The translations under genes and the position numbers were made by a program. Below are positions 27,306-36,301 of a stretch of DNA of 64,000 nucleotides, piece by piece (position 1 is the stretch's first letter; each line of letters begins with the position of its first letter). Source of the DNA: Verrucomicrobiales bacterium. GTDB taxonomy: Bacteria > Verrucomicrobiota > Verrucomicrobiia > Verrucomicrobiales > DEV007. The notes under the pieces were generated by a model. That model was not told the DNA's origin, did no database searches, and worked only from the letters and a program-made list of their open reading frames with translations. The stretch lies in assembly GCA_029213195.1 (NCBI GenBank), contig JARGNI010000012.1, forward strand, positions 29,254 through 93,253, in the 5' to 3' direction.

Positions 27306-28399
27306 AACCCAAGGCTCACCCTCTCCGCCGCTCAACATGCGGTCTCTCTCTTCTCGAGTTGCTCATCGCGATGTCGATTTTCTCTCTCGTCGCGTCGCTC
27401 CTCATTGCTGCCCTCGCCACCACCCAGGAAACATGGGCACGAACCCGTGAAAGAATCGGACAATTTCGCGAAGCAAGAACGGCATTCGAGATCGCCGGTC
27501 AACGCATCAGCGCAGCCACCGTCAATCCCTACTGGGGCTACGACGACCCTGAAGCCCCGACCGAATACCGGAGGCAGTCCGAGTTGCACTTCGTGACGGG
27601 ACCTTCCGAAATCCTGCTCAGATCCGATCCCCTCTCACCGGGACATTCTCTTTTCTTCCAGGCGCCTTTCGGTTTCGGGGGCAGTGATGCAGGCTCTCTC
27701 GGGGGAGGGGAAATCTACGATGGCATCGAGAACGGAATGAATGCCTGGGGCTACTATGTAGAATTCAACTCCGATGCAGACGAGGACTACAACATGCGCC
27801 CCGAGTTCCTGAACCAGGGTCCTGCGGAGAGAAAGGAGCGAGCCCGCTTCCGCCTCATGGAGTTTCGTCTCCCTTCCGAGAAACTGACACTGTTCGAACA
27901 GGATGAAAAAGGAAGACCTCTTTTTCCGAACTTCTCGGACAAGGAGAGGATCTACGAATGGTTCGCCGACTCCGATCGAAGAAAGTTGAACTCCTATCCG
28001 GTTGCCGAAAACATCCTCGTCTTCGGAATCCGACCTCGCGTTCCGGGACTGAGTCCGAATGAATTTTCGATCGCCCCCGCGTATCACTACGATAGTCGCC
28101 TCTTCCAATGGAGAAAGGAATCCTCCGAACTGACCAGGACGTCGAGACACCAGATTCCCCCGGTCGTGGATCTGTTCGTGGTCGCACTGGAGGAACCGTC
28201 CTTCGCCCGATACTACGATCGGGAGGGTATCGCGGCAGTGGAGGCCCTGGCGGAGTTCGTCCGTCAACGATTTCGGAAGGCCGAACTGCTTGAGCAGGAT
28301 TTGGAGGAAGTGGAGAATCATCTCAACGGTCTCGGCATCCAAAATCGCGTTTTCCAAACCTCCATCGCGATCCGTGCCGGCAAGTGGCATTCCGACTGA
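27302..28399 (+). CDS. vccC: Verru_Chthon cassette protein C (PilW/GspJ-like prepilin)
   Basis: Start trimmed to MKPKAH. CG|LSLLELLIAM; QFREARTAFE, ATVNPYW.YD, RQSELHF, FFQAPFG, NAWGYYVEF, HQIPP.V. Confidence 0.87.
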   Translation: MKPKAHPLRRSTCGLSLLELLIAMSIFSLVASLLIAALATTQETWARTRERIGQFREARTAFEIAGQRISAATVNPYWGYDDPEAPTEYRRQSELHFVTGPSEILLRSDPLSPGHSLFFQAPFGFGGSDAGSLGGGEIYDGIENGMNAWGYYVEFNSDADEDYNMRPEFLNQGPAERKERARFRLMEFRLPSEKLTLFEQDEKGRPLFPNFSDKERIYEWFADSDRRKLNSYPVAENILVFGIRPRVPGLSPNEFSIAPAYHYDSRLFQWRKESSELTRTSRHQIPPVVDLFVVALEEPSFARYYDREGIAAVEALAEFVRQRFRKAELLEQDLEEVENHLNGLGIQNRVFQTSIAIRAGKWHSD

Positions 28400-29061
28400 T
28401 GACTCTCTCTTTCCAAATCACACCAAGAACTGCATTGCCTCGGCGCAATTCCGGAGGCTTCACCCTGATCGAACTACTCACCGTTCTCGGCGTCTTCTCC
28501 GTGCTCCTGGGCTTCAGCGTTCTCTCTCTCAATGGCAGTCTCGACAACTATCGGATTTCTTCCACGGCCGCCCAGGTCCAGTCCGACCTCTCCTACGCCG
28601 CCCAATACGCCTCGAAATCGAACGCGGCTGTCTTTTTCCGATTCTATCGATACCGGACGGATCGAGACGGTCGATATCGCACCTGGTTCAGAGCCTACCA
28701 GTTACTTCAACGCGATTCGAGCTCGGGTGACATGGTTCCCCTCGGGAAAGTTCGCTTTTTTGAGAAAGGTATCGTCCTGCATCCCGACTCCCAATTTTCC
28801 AACCTCCTCGAAAGACCAATCCTTTCTCCGGGAGAGTCTGATCCCGCGATTCCAATCGGCTTCCGAAACTACGAAACAAGATCTCGTGCCTACGAGTTCT
28901 GTGAACTGCGGCTGAACCCTGACGGTTCCACCTCCCTGGAAAAGGACCGCTCCTGGAGTATTGCCCTGATCTTTGAGAATCAGGCGAACGACTTTCGTCT
29001 ACCCGATAGTGCCCGAGTCCTCGTAATCAATTCGATCACGGCCGCAACGAGGATCTACTAA
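28399..29061 (+). CDS. vccD: Verru_Chthon cassette protein D (FimU/GspH-like prepilin)
   Basis: TGATG overlap with vccC; GG|FTLIELLTVL; .RF..DGST.L. Confidence 0.85.
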   Translation: MTLSFQITPRTALPRRNSGGFTLIELLTVLGVFSVLLGFSVLSLNGSLDNYRISSTAAQVQSDLSYAAQYASKSNAAVFFRFYRYRTDRDGRYRTWFRAYQLLQRDSSSGDMVPLGKVRFFEKGIVLHPDSQFSNLLERPILSPGESDPAIPIGFRNYETRSRAYEFCELRLNPDGSTSLEKDRSWSIALIFENQANDFRLPDSARVLVINSITAATRIY

Positions 29062-29199
29062 GGAGGAGCCATCTTCCCGGCGTCAGGGGCCGAAGTCTAC
29101 CTCCCGGCGAATGCGCGGCTCAAGTGGGGAGGAGTCGCCCGGCCACCCCAGCGCTTCGGGGCAAGGGAAACGCCACTGAGCGTTTTTTGAAAATAAGGA

Positions 29200-29272
29200 A
29201 GCCAACTGTCGGGTTCGAACCGACGACCTGCTGATTACAAATCAGCTGCTCTACCAACTGAGCTAAGTTGGC
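29200..29272 (-). tRNA. tRNA-Thr (anticodon TGT); CCA end not encoded
   Basis: GCCAACTTAGCTCAGTTGGTAGAGCAGCTGATTTGTAATCAGCAGGTCGTCGGTTCGAACCCGACAGTTGGCT: acceptor stem GCCAACT/AGTTGGC, canonical D and T arms. Confidence 0.97.
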
Positions 29273-29369
29273 CCATGCTCATGCCAGATCAACCGGCGGG
29301 CGGGAAATGTATCCATCTCCCACGATGCTGCAAGAGATGGTTTTTGGTTTTTCTCACCAAACCGAAGAG

Positions 29370-30806
29370 CTATTCCTGTCTCCAGAGGGTGACCCGCCCT
29401 CTCCGCTGACTTGGACCCGGGACGTGCATCCCTCCCCCAACGACGTCCGGTTTCCCATCCTGATCGAGATCTCCTACGGCAATGTTGACCAGGTGAGAAG
29501 GCGCATAGGCGATCTTCTGCGGGGCGAAATTCCGGAATCCCCCGAGATTCTCCAACCAGCCCAGCGACGGAAAGTCATGAAGATCCCAGTGGAAATAAAG
29601 CGAACTGACCACCAGATCGAGATCCCCGTCTCCATCCATGTCCACCGGTTCCGCATCGTAGCAGCCCGGCATTCCGACCAGCGGATGGATCGCATACCTT
29701 CCCTTGCCATCATTCTCGAGCCAGCGTGCCCCATGATATGGTTTCGGCTCAGGGTTCTCATCCATCATGTCTCCGTTCGTGTAGACGATGTCTTCATCCC
29801 CATCCTGATCCAAGTCGGCGAGATGGATGCTCGATGACCCGAAGGCAGGATGTTGCGCCTGGGAGATCAGTCGATTGGAGAAGCCCTGATCTCCCTCATT
29901 CAGAAACTGGACGATCGATTCGTGCTGTTGCGTCACGAGGGCCACGAAGTCGGGGCGGTCGTCGCCATTGGCCTGATTGATAATCACTCGCATGGTTCCA
30001 TTGATTTCCGCCAAAATCTCAAAGTCGAACTCGCCATCCTCGCGCTGTCTCAACAACCCGATTCCCCCGGTTTTCCGCCACCCGAACATGGCAACCACGA
30101 AATCGATATCCCCGTCTCCGTCCATATCGGCCGGGGCGCAGTCGGCGACCCGAGCAACGCCCTCAAGGAGAACCCGCGGAGTGAAGACCCCCGTGCCATC
30201 GTTCAGGAGCAGGTGGACCTCTCCTGTCAGGAGCTCGTTCGGGTAGATGTCTCCCATTACGGAAACGACAAGATCAAGATCCCCGTCCCTATCGAAATCC
30301 ACCGCATTGGCACGAACCGGAGAAGGTAGGAAGGCGATGACCTTCTCTCTCCACCGACCCTCAATCAGGTGAATCCAAGTCACGGCTCCCATAAGGTTAT
30401 CCATGCAGATGATGTCATCCTCGGCACCATCTCCATCGATATCGAAGATCTGGACATTGTTGATTTCCGGCTTCCTCGCCCTGGGAGGATTTCCAATGCC
30501 CCCCTTGGTCCACTTCAGTCGCGATTCTGCCCAGGTGTCCGGAATCTGCGGAAGAGCTTCAGGACTGTTGGCGAGATAGAAGGACAAGATATCTCGACTC
30601 TCCTCGGCGGTGATCGGGATCTTCTGCTCTGCCATCAGTTCCACCATCAGCCCATGCGCACCTTCCCAGGCATGACGCGGTAGAGAAGTGGGACGAGGAG
30701 CAGGATGACAAGTCGAGCATTTCTGCTGCACCAGCGGCGGGAGCCCCTGGGCGGAGGCAAAAGCGGCCGCGATCAAGAGAGCCCCGACGATGGTGGATTT
30801 GTTCAT
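29370..30806 (-). CDS. Secreted monoheme cytochrome c + FG-GAP/VCBS repeat beta-propeller protein
   Basis: Start trimmed to MNKSTIV. Signal peptide; CSTCH; repeated DxDxDGDxD (FG-GAP) motifs. Confidence 0.85.
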   Translation of the reverse strand: MNKSTIVGALLIAAAFASAQGLPPLVQQKCSTCHPAPRPTSLPRHAWEGAHGLMVELMAEQKIPITAEESRDILSFYLANSPEALPQIPDTWAESRLKWTKGGIGNPPRARKPEINNVQIFDIDGDGAEDDIICMDNLMGAVTWIHLIEGRWREKVIAFLPSPVRANAVDFDRDGDLDLVVSVMGDIYPNELLTGEVHLLLNDGTGVFTPRVLLEGVARVADCAPADMDGDGDIDFVVAMFGWRKTGGIGLLRQREDGEFDFEILAEINGTMRVIINQANGDDRPDFVALVTQQHESIVQFLNEGDQGFSNRLISQAQHPAFGSSSIHLADLDQDGDEDIVYTNGDMMDENPEPKPYHGARWLENDGKGRYAIHPLVGMPGCYDAEPVDMDGDGDLDLVVSSLYFHWDLHDFPSLGWLENLGGFRNFAPQKIAYAPSHLVNIAVGDLDQDGKPDVVGGGMHVPGPSQRRGRVTLWRQE

Positions 30807-30861
30807 TCTCAATACGGTCCGCTCGGAGAACCCGCCTGCAACCCAAAAGGACGGCCTCCCG

Positions 30862-32145
30862 TCATCGAACTGCCGAGGGCATCTCTCGATGAAACCCCGT
30901 GATGATCCTCGCTCCTCGCCGATACCTGACATAGGCATAAAACCACTGCATCAACACCGCAAGACGATTCCGGAACCCCACGAGAAAGAGCAGGTGAATG
31001 AACAGCCACATCAACCAGGCGAGAAATCCATCGAATTTCATCCCCATACTTTCTGCCACGGCGCGACTCCGCCCGATCGTCGCCATGCTCCCTTTGTCAA
31101 AATAGCGGAATTGTCGACGAACCGGGTATTTCTCCGAATTCTTCCCTTCGATTTCATCGAGAATGACCGCGGCGGCGTGTTTGCCCATCTGCATCGCCGA
31201 GGGACAAAGCCCGGGAACCCGCACTCCTGACTGGTCGATGCAGTGAGCGAGATCCCCTGCAACGAAGGCCTCCGGGTGGCCGGGGATGCTGAGGTCGGTT
31301 TCGACATGAATCCTTCCTCCGCGATCGGTCTCGACACCGAGTTCCCGAGTCAGGGCCGGAGCTTCGACCCCGGCGCCCCACACGATGTTTTCGGCTTCAA
31401 TCACTTGGTCTTCGAGAATGATTCGACTTTCCTGGAGATCCTTCACTGGTTGATCAAGCAGCACGGTCACCCCCATTTCTTCCAGGCTCTTCCGAGTGTA
31501 TTCGGAGAGATCTTCGTCGTACATCGTGAGGAGGCGAGGGGCAGCCTCGATGAGATAGATCTTGGCCTTCTCGGTGTCGATATTCTTGAAATCCCGCTGG
31601 AGGACATGACGAACCAGCTCCGCGAAGGCTCCCGCAAGTTCCACCCCCGTGGGCCCGCCTCCGATGACCCCGATGGTCATCAATCGCTCCCGTTCCCCGG
31701 GATCGTCGCAGGACTCCGCAGTCTCGAACGCGAGCAAGAGATCCCGTCGCATCGCCGTCGCATCATCGAGAGTCTTGAGCCCGCGCGCAACGGACGCCCA
31801 CTGATCGTTTCCGAAATAGCCAGTCTTCACCCCCATCGCCAGAACGATATAGTCATAATCCACCGTCTCCTCCCCGAGCTGGACCTCCTTGCTCGCGAGG
31901 TCGATCCCAGTCACTTCTTTCATCAACACCGTGACATTGTCCTGATTGGCAAAAATGCTCCGAATCGGATGTGCAATCTCGGGAGCCGCCAAGCCGGCAG
32001 AAGCGACCTGGTAGAGAAGCGGCTGAAAAAGGTGATGATTCTGACGGTCGATCAGCAGAACCTCGACGTCTTTCTTTTGGAACACCTTGGCGCATTCAAT
32101 GCCCGCAAATCCCCCGCCAAGGATCACGACTTTTGGCTTTTTCAT
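30862..32145 (-). CDS. ndh: Type II NADH:quinone oxidoreductase (NDH-2)
   Basis: Start trimmed to MKKPKV. GGGFAG, HLFQPLLYQVA, second GGGPTGVELAG, KGSMATIGR. Confidence 0.93.
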   Translation of the reverse strand: MKKPKVVILGGGFAGIECAKVFQKKDVEVLLIDRQNHHLFQPLLYQVASAGLAAPEIAHPIRSIFANQDNVTVLMKEVTGIDLASKEVQLGEETVDYDYIVLAMGVKTGYFGNDQWASVARGLKTLDDATAMRRDLLLAFETAESCDDPGERERLMTIGVIGGGPTGVELAGAFAELVRHVLQRDFKNIDTEKAKIYLIEAAPRLLTMYDEDLSEYTRKSLEEMGVTVLLDQPVKDLQESRIILEDQVIEAENIVWGAGVEAPALTRELGVETDRGGRIHVETDLSIPGHPEAFVAGDLAHCIDQSGVRVPGLCPSAMQMGKHAAAVILDEIEGKNSEKYPVRRQFRYFDKGSMATIGRSRAVAESMGMKFDGFLAWLMWLFIHLLFLVGFRNRLAVLMQWFYAYVRYRRGARIITGFHREMPSAVR

Positions 32146-32319
32146 GAGTATCCTTCGTATCTTTGCGGCGTCTCCTCGTCCCGATCGGACCCGAGATGAA
32201 CCGTCGTTGAGAACTCGAACGATCCGTTTTTTTCGAACGCCTTCCTGAGAGGTTACGTCTACCACCGGAGGAGTGCGACCATTGCTTTCCAGAACCGGAG
32301 ATTCCGCCTATACTGCACC

Positions 32320-33042
32320 ATGCTCTTTTCTTCTCGACTCTCCCTGCTCCTCGTCACGGCCCTGCTCCTCCCGCTACTCACTACCGGGCAGGATGAAAAG
32401 GCGGAGAAACCCGCCCGCCCCCTTGTCACCAAGATCGGAGAGAATTCCTATCGACTCGGAGAGATCCTCTTCGACTCCAAAGAGAAAAAGATCGAAATCC
32501 CCGTCGTCGTAAACATGAACGAAGGCGGGCCGATCGAGTATCTCCTCGTCAACGAAAATGGAAAAGTTCATGAGGCCATCTTCACGACTACCATCTCCCC
32601 TTCCGAGTTGCAGATCGTCCTGAAGTTGCTCAAGTTCGAATCGGGACACGGCGATGTCTTCAATCGTCTCCTCGCTCCCGAAGTCCTCGACAAGGAAGGG
32701 GGCACCGAAGCGGAGCGCGGCGATGCGATGGAATTCCTTTTCGTGGAGGATGGAAAAGATCCCCGGCCGGGATACGAGTTCATCATCGATGGAGAGAACG
32801 CCGAACCCATGTCCGCGGGGGACTGGATCTATACCGGATCGACGATCGAGGAGGGCAACTTTCTCGCCGAAGGTGAGGGATCCATCATCGCGATCTATCT
32901 CGATCACATCGCCATGTTCAACATGACCCGCGATGGAGCAGACATCGACGAACGCTGGGGTGCCAACGGAGATGCGATCCCCGAAATCGGAACCAAAGGC
33001 ACGCTCATCCTGAAAGCGTCAAAAAAACCTGTCACAGACTGA
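32320..33042 (+). CDS. Secreted YdjY-like domain protein
   Basis: Signal peptide; PIEYLLV...GKVHEAIF....P..LQIVLKLL and WIYTGS resemble YdjY-domain proteins. Confidence 0.6.
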   Translation: MLFSSRLSLLLVTALLLPLLTTGQDEKAEKPARPLVTKIGENSYRLGEILFDSKEKKIEIPVVVNMNEGGPIEYLLVNENGKVHEAIFTTTISPSELQIVLKLLKFESGHGDVFNRLLAPEVLDKEGGTEAERGDAMEFLFVEDGKDPRPGYEFIIDGENAEPMSAGDWIYTGSTIEEGNFLAEGEGSIIAIYLDHIAMFNMTRDGADIDERWGANGDAIPEIGTKGTLILKASKKPVTD

Positions 33043-33082
33043 AGATCGAAACCGCAATACTCTCTGCAGAAAATCCTCGAAC

Positions 33083-34288
33083 ATGAAAACAGACCTACTG
33101 CCCTCTCTCCTTTCGCTCCTCGGTTGCCTCGCCCTGGCTGCGACTTCCGGCTTGGCTCAAGACCAGATTGCGCCGACCTCGGATCTCAATCATTCTCTCA
33201 AGCTCGAGATCGGACGTGCCATCGAGAACGGCATCGAGTTTCTCGAATCGAAGCAGGATCCGGAGACGGGTTCCTGGAGCGATGCCGAGTTGCCAGCCAT
33301 TTCCGGTCTCGCGATTGCCTCCATTGCCGGAGATCCTTCGCTCACCGCAGAAACCGGTTTGCCCGACTCCGCCAAGAAAGGGTACGAGTATCTGCTCAAC
33401 AGCGTCCAACCAGATGGCGGGATCTACGTCAAAGGTCTCTCGACCTACAACACCGCGATCGCAATGATGGCACTTCTCTTGTCGGGCGAGGAATCGCATC
33501 TCCCCATCATCGCGAAGGCACGCCAGTATCTCGTCAGCAAGCAGCAGGACTTCGGCGTCAAAGGCGAGCTCGACCATCCCTTTGACGGTGGAATCGGTTA
33601 CGGCGACGGCTCCGAGGCCGCGAACATGTCGACGACCAAGTTCACCCTCGGAGCGCTCTACCATTCCAAGCAGGTCCTCGCCGATACCGAGTTCGCCGTC
33701 GACAAGGAGTCCGATCTCGACTGGGACGCTGCGATCGCCTTTCTCTCCCGCTGCCAGAATTCCGAGGATACCGTGAAGAAGTCCGATGGGAAACTGGCGC
33801 TCCGCGAAGAGGACAAGGGCGGCTTTGTCTACTTCCCCGGCAGCACCAAGTCTGACACGTTCGAGTTGGAGACCGCCGACGGCGGAAAGGCCATCGCGCT
33901 CCGGAGCTACGGCAGTATCAGCTACGCCGGCATGCTCTCCTTCATCTATGCCGACATGGATCTGGAAGATCCTCGCATCCAGAGTGTCCTCAAGTGGTTG
34001 CAGAGCAACTTCACCCTCGAGGAAAATCCCGGGATGGGAGCCGAGGGGCACTACTACTACTACCACACCATGGCGAAGGCTCTCAGCACCGCAGGGATCC
34101 AGGATCTCAAGAAGCCTGACGGGAACAAGATCGACTGGAAAAAGGAACTCGCGCTGGAGTTGATGGGCCGCCAACAGCAGGACGGCTCCTGGATCAATGA
34201 AGGTTCCAACCGGTGGATGGAGGGCGATCCCATCCTCGTGACATCCTACACGCTGCAGGCACTGCAGCAGATCTATCGCCTCCTCTAG
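33083..34288 (+). CDS. Secreted prenyltransferase/squalene-oxidase-repeat (QW-motif alpha/alpha barrel) protein
   Basis: Signal peptide; repeats FLESKQDPETGSW, LNSVQPDGG, FLSRCQN, RQQQDGSW; DKGGFVY; YYYY. Confidence 0.8.
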   Translation: MKTDLLPSLLSLLGCLALAATSGLAQDQIAPTSDLNHSLKLEIGRAIENGIEFLESKQDPETGSWSDAELPAISGLAIASIAGDPSLTAETGLPDSAKKGYEYLLNSVQPDGGIYVKGLSTYNTAIAMMALLLSGEESHLPIIAKARQYLVSKQQDFGVKGELDHPFDGGIGYGDGSEAANMSTTKFTLGALYHSKQVLADTEFAVDKESDLDWDAAIAFLSRCQNSEDTVKKSDGKLALREEDKGGFVYFPGSTKSDTFELETADGGKAIALRSYGSISYAGMLSFIYADMDLEDPRIQSVLKWLQSNFTLEENPGMGAEGHYYYYHTMAKALSTAGIQDLKKPDGNKIDWKKELALELMGRQQQDGSWINEGSNRWMEGDPILVTSYTLQALQQIYRLL

Positions 34289-34306
34289 GCGAAGACAACG
34301 CATGCA

Positions 34307-34335
34307 ACAGGGTTGGGGCGATCTCTCAACCCTGT
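34307..34335. terminator. Hairpin between convergent genes (possible bidirectional terminator)
   Basis: ACAGGGTTG-11 nt-CAACCCTGT perfect 9-bp inverted repeat overlapping the AraC stop; no T-tract. Confidence 0.4.
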
Positions 34336-35171
34336 CTCATCGCCTCCCTCCAGGCCGTCGGAGTCTGACCGGTATACTTTCGGAACCAGCGCCCGAAATA
34401 GTTCTGATCGTCGATTCCCACTTCGGAGGCAATTTCGGAAATGGGCCGCGCGGTGTCTTTCAAGAGTTCTCCGGCGCGTTCGAGTCGCTTGTTTCGGATG
34501 CACGCCCCAACCGTCAACCCCGTTTCCGCTCGCAGGAGGCGATTGAGATGATCGAGCGACATTCCGAGTCGCTGTGCAATCGCTCCCGGAGTCCCACCCG
34601 GTCCCAGCTCTTCCATGGCACGGCGCACGAGTCTTTCGGTTCGCCCCGGCTGGAACTGACCTCGATGGGTCAGCGACTCCTCGAGCAGGTTGGCAATCTT
34701 CAAGATCAGGGTGGAGACGGTGAGGGTCGGCCGCTTTGACTTCGCCCTCTCGGCGTAGAGTTGCACGAGCCATTTCTCCACCCTTCCCAGCTCCACCTTC
34801 GAGATCGTTTCCTTTCGAATCGTGGAGAAGATTTTCTCTTCGGTCAGGAAATCCATCGCGAGGCAGACCGGTCGCACCGACTTCTCCTTGGCGAATCGAT
34901 GAGGCACTCTCGGAGGAATCACGAGCCAATCTCCTCGCGCCACAGGAAGACTGAGCTCCGAGATGTGCTGCGTCCCTCCACCGCGAAGATAGAGAAGCGC
35001 CTGGTGAAACTCGTGCCGGTGCTCGCTCAGCTTTTCGACTCGCGGCATGTGCTGGTTCAAAGCGATTCTCCGGATCCGAAACCCCGGAACATCGATCCCG
35101 ATATCCTCGAGGAGAATGGGCTGAAATTCTTCCATCTTCACAAAATCGACATCGGTTTTGTGCGAAATCAA
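34326..35171 (-). CDS. AraC family transcriptional regulator
   Basis: N-terminal cupin (H.HEFHQ...PRVPH); C-terminal double HTH ...ISEIASEVGIDDQNYFGRWFRKYTGQTP; divergent from the catabolic operon. Confidence 0.93.
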   Translation of the reverse strand: MISHKTDVDFVKMEEFQPILLEDIGIDVPGFRIRRIALNQHMPRVEKLSEHRHEFHQALLYLRGGGTQHISELSLPVARGDWLVIPPRVPHRFAKEKSVRPVCLAMDFLTEEKIFSTIRKETISKVELGRVEKWLVQLYAERAKSKRPTLTVSTLILKIANLLEESLTHRGQFQPGRTERLVRRAMEELGPGGTPGAIAQRLGMSLDHLNRLLRAETGLTVGACIRNKRLERAGELLKDTARPISEIASEVGIDDQNYFGRWFRKYTGQTPTAWREAMRQG

Positions 35172-35218
35172 TCGGTTTTCTTCTCACGCTTTTCCCGTGG
35201 GCTCCGTATCCTTTTCCC

Positions 35219-36301
35219 ATGATCACCCAAGCGAAAGACCTGCTTCCCGATACGCCTTGGCAGGAAACCATCTGGTCCCAGGCATCCGAGGAATCTCTCG
35301 TCGATCACACCAGTCGCCCCCGGCTCTGTGTTGCCACTCTGCTCCCCTTTCGAAATGGCGAACCGGACTGGGAAGGATTTGAAAACAGTATCCGCTGGAT
35401 GCTCCGGGCCGGAGAGCACTACGGAGTCGAACTGGTCTTCGTTCTCAACGCCGATACCGGTTACATCTTTCAACTCGATGAAACGCTCTACGCGGAAGTG
35501 ATCCGTCGCTTCCGAGCTGCCTTTCCCGAACCCACCATCATCTGCGGGACCACTGCCGTGGGTGCGACAGGAGACACCTTCCGAGCCGACTGGTATCGAC
35601 CTCATCTCGAGATCGCACAGCAGTTCGACCATGTGGAGGTCATGTTGATGACTTCGCAATTGCTCAACGAACTCCCCACCGAGAAGAGACGCGATGCCTA
35701 TTTCGACATTCTCGAGCATGTCGAGGTCCCAGCGATCGTGCATGCTCTCGAACCGGCTTTTGTTCCCTGGGCAACCCCGTTCAGCCCCTGGCTTCTCCAC
35801 GAACTCGCTCAGCATGAAAAAGTCGTCGGTGGAAAGATCTCGACGCTCGACGAGCCCCACTTTCTTTACTGGGCCGCGATGTGCCGGGATCTTGGTCTGG
35901 ACTTTTCTCCCCACAGCGGAGACGACTACGGAATCGCGACCGCGATCAAGCTCGGACTCCCTCTCCTGATCGGGGCCGGAGTCTCCGCCTGCCCGCTGAT
36001 CTGTGCCGCAAAGCAAATGTGGACGTCCAGCCCCCTCGACACCTCGGTCTACAAGCTCTTCGAGGCGATCCAGTCCCTCGAGGACGCGGTCTTTCGTCTC
36101 GACGGAAACGAGAGTGCCGCTGCCTACAAACACAGCACCGCCCATGTGCTGAAATTGTTGGGTCTCATCGAATCGGCCGAGATTCACCCCGCCTGCTCCG
36201 ACCGCCGAGGCGCGGACGAAGCCCAAAGAATGCAGGAGGCTCTCCGACGCCCTCTGCGTGTCGCCGGGCGACTGGACATCCCTCATTTCTCCCTCGCATG
36301 A
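35219..36301 (+). CDS. Divergent dihydrodipicolinate-synthase-like (class I aldolase fold, DUF993-like) protein
   Basis: TLLPF...PDW, NADTG, VVGGKISTLD (putative Schiff-base Lys), SGDD; ATGA overlap with the next gene. Confidence 0.65.
   Translation: MITQAKDLLPDTPWQETIWSQASEESLVDHTSRPRLCVATLLPFRNGEPDWEGFENSIRWMLRAGEHYGVELVFVLNADTGYIFQLDETLYAEVIRRFRAAFPEPTIICGTTAVGATGDTFRADWYRPHLEIAQQFDHVEVMLMTSQLLNELPTEKRRDAYFDILEHVEVPAIVHALEPAFVPWATPFSPWLLHELAQHEKVVGGKISTLDEPHFLYWAAMCRDLGLDFSPHSGDDYGIATAIKLGLPLLIGAGVSACPLICAAKQMWTSSPLDTSVYKLFEAIQSLEDAVFRLDGNESAAAYKHSTAHVLKLLGLIESAEIHPACSDRRGADEAQRMQEALRRPLRVAGRLDIPHFSLA

Noticed and set aside
22825-29272. Possible genomic island integrated at the tRNA-Thr 3' end
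   Set aside because: No integrase or transposase, no duplicated tRNA 3' fragment spotted by eye, and no obvious compositional shift.
33083-34288. Squalene-hopene cyclase call
   Set aside because: Only 401 aa, secreted, and without the DXDD motif; it shares only the QW-repeat barrel.
35219-36301. dapA call
   Set aside because: Lacks the GTTGE motif and the catalytic Tyr, and sits in a catabolic operon context.
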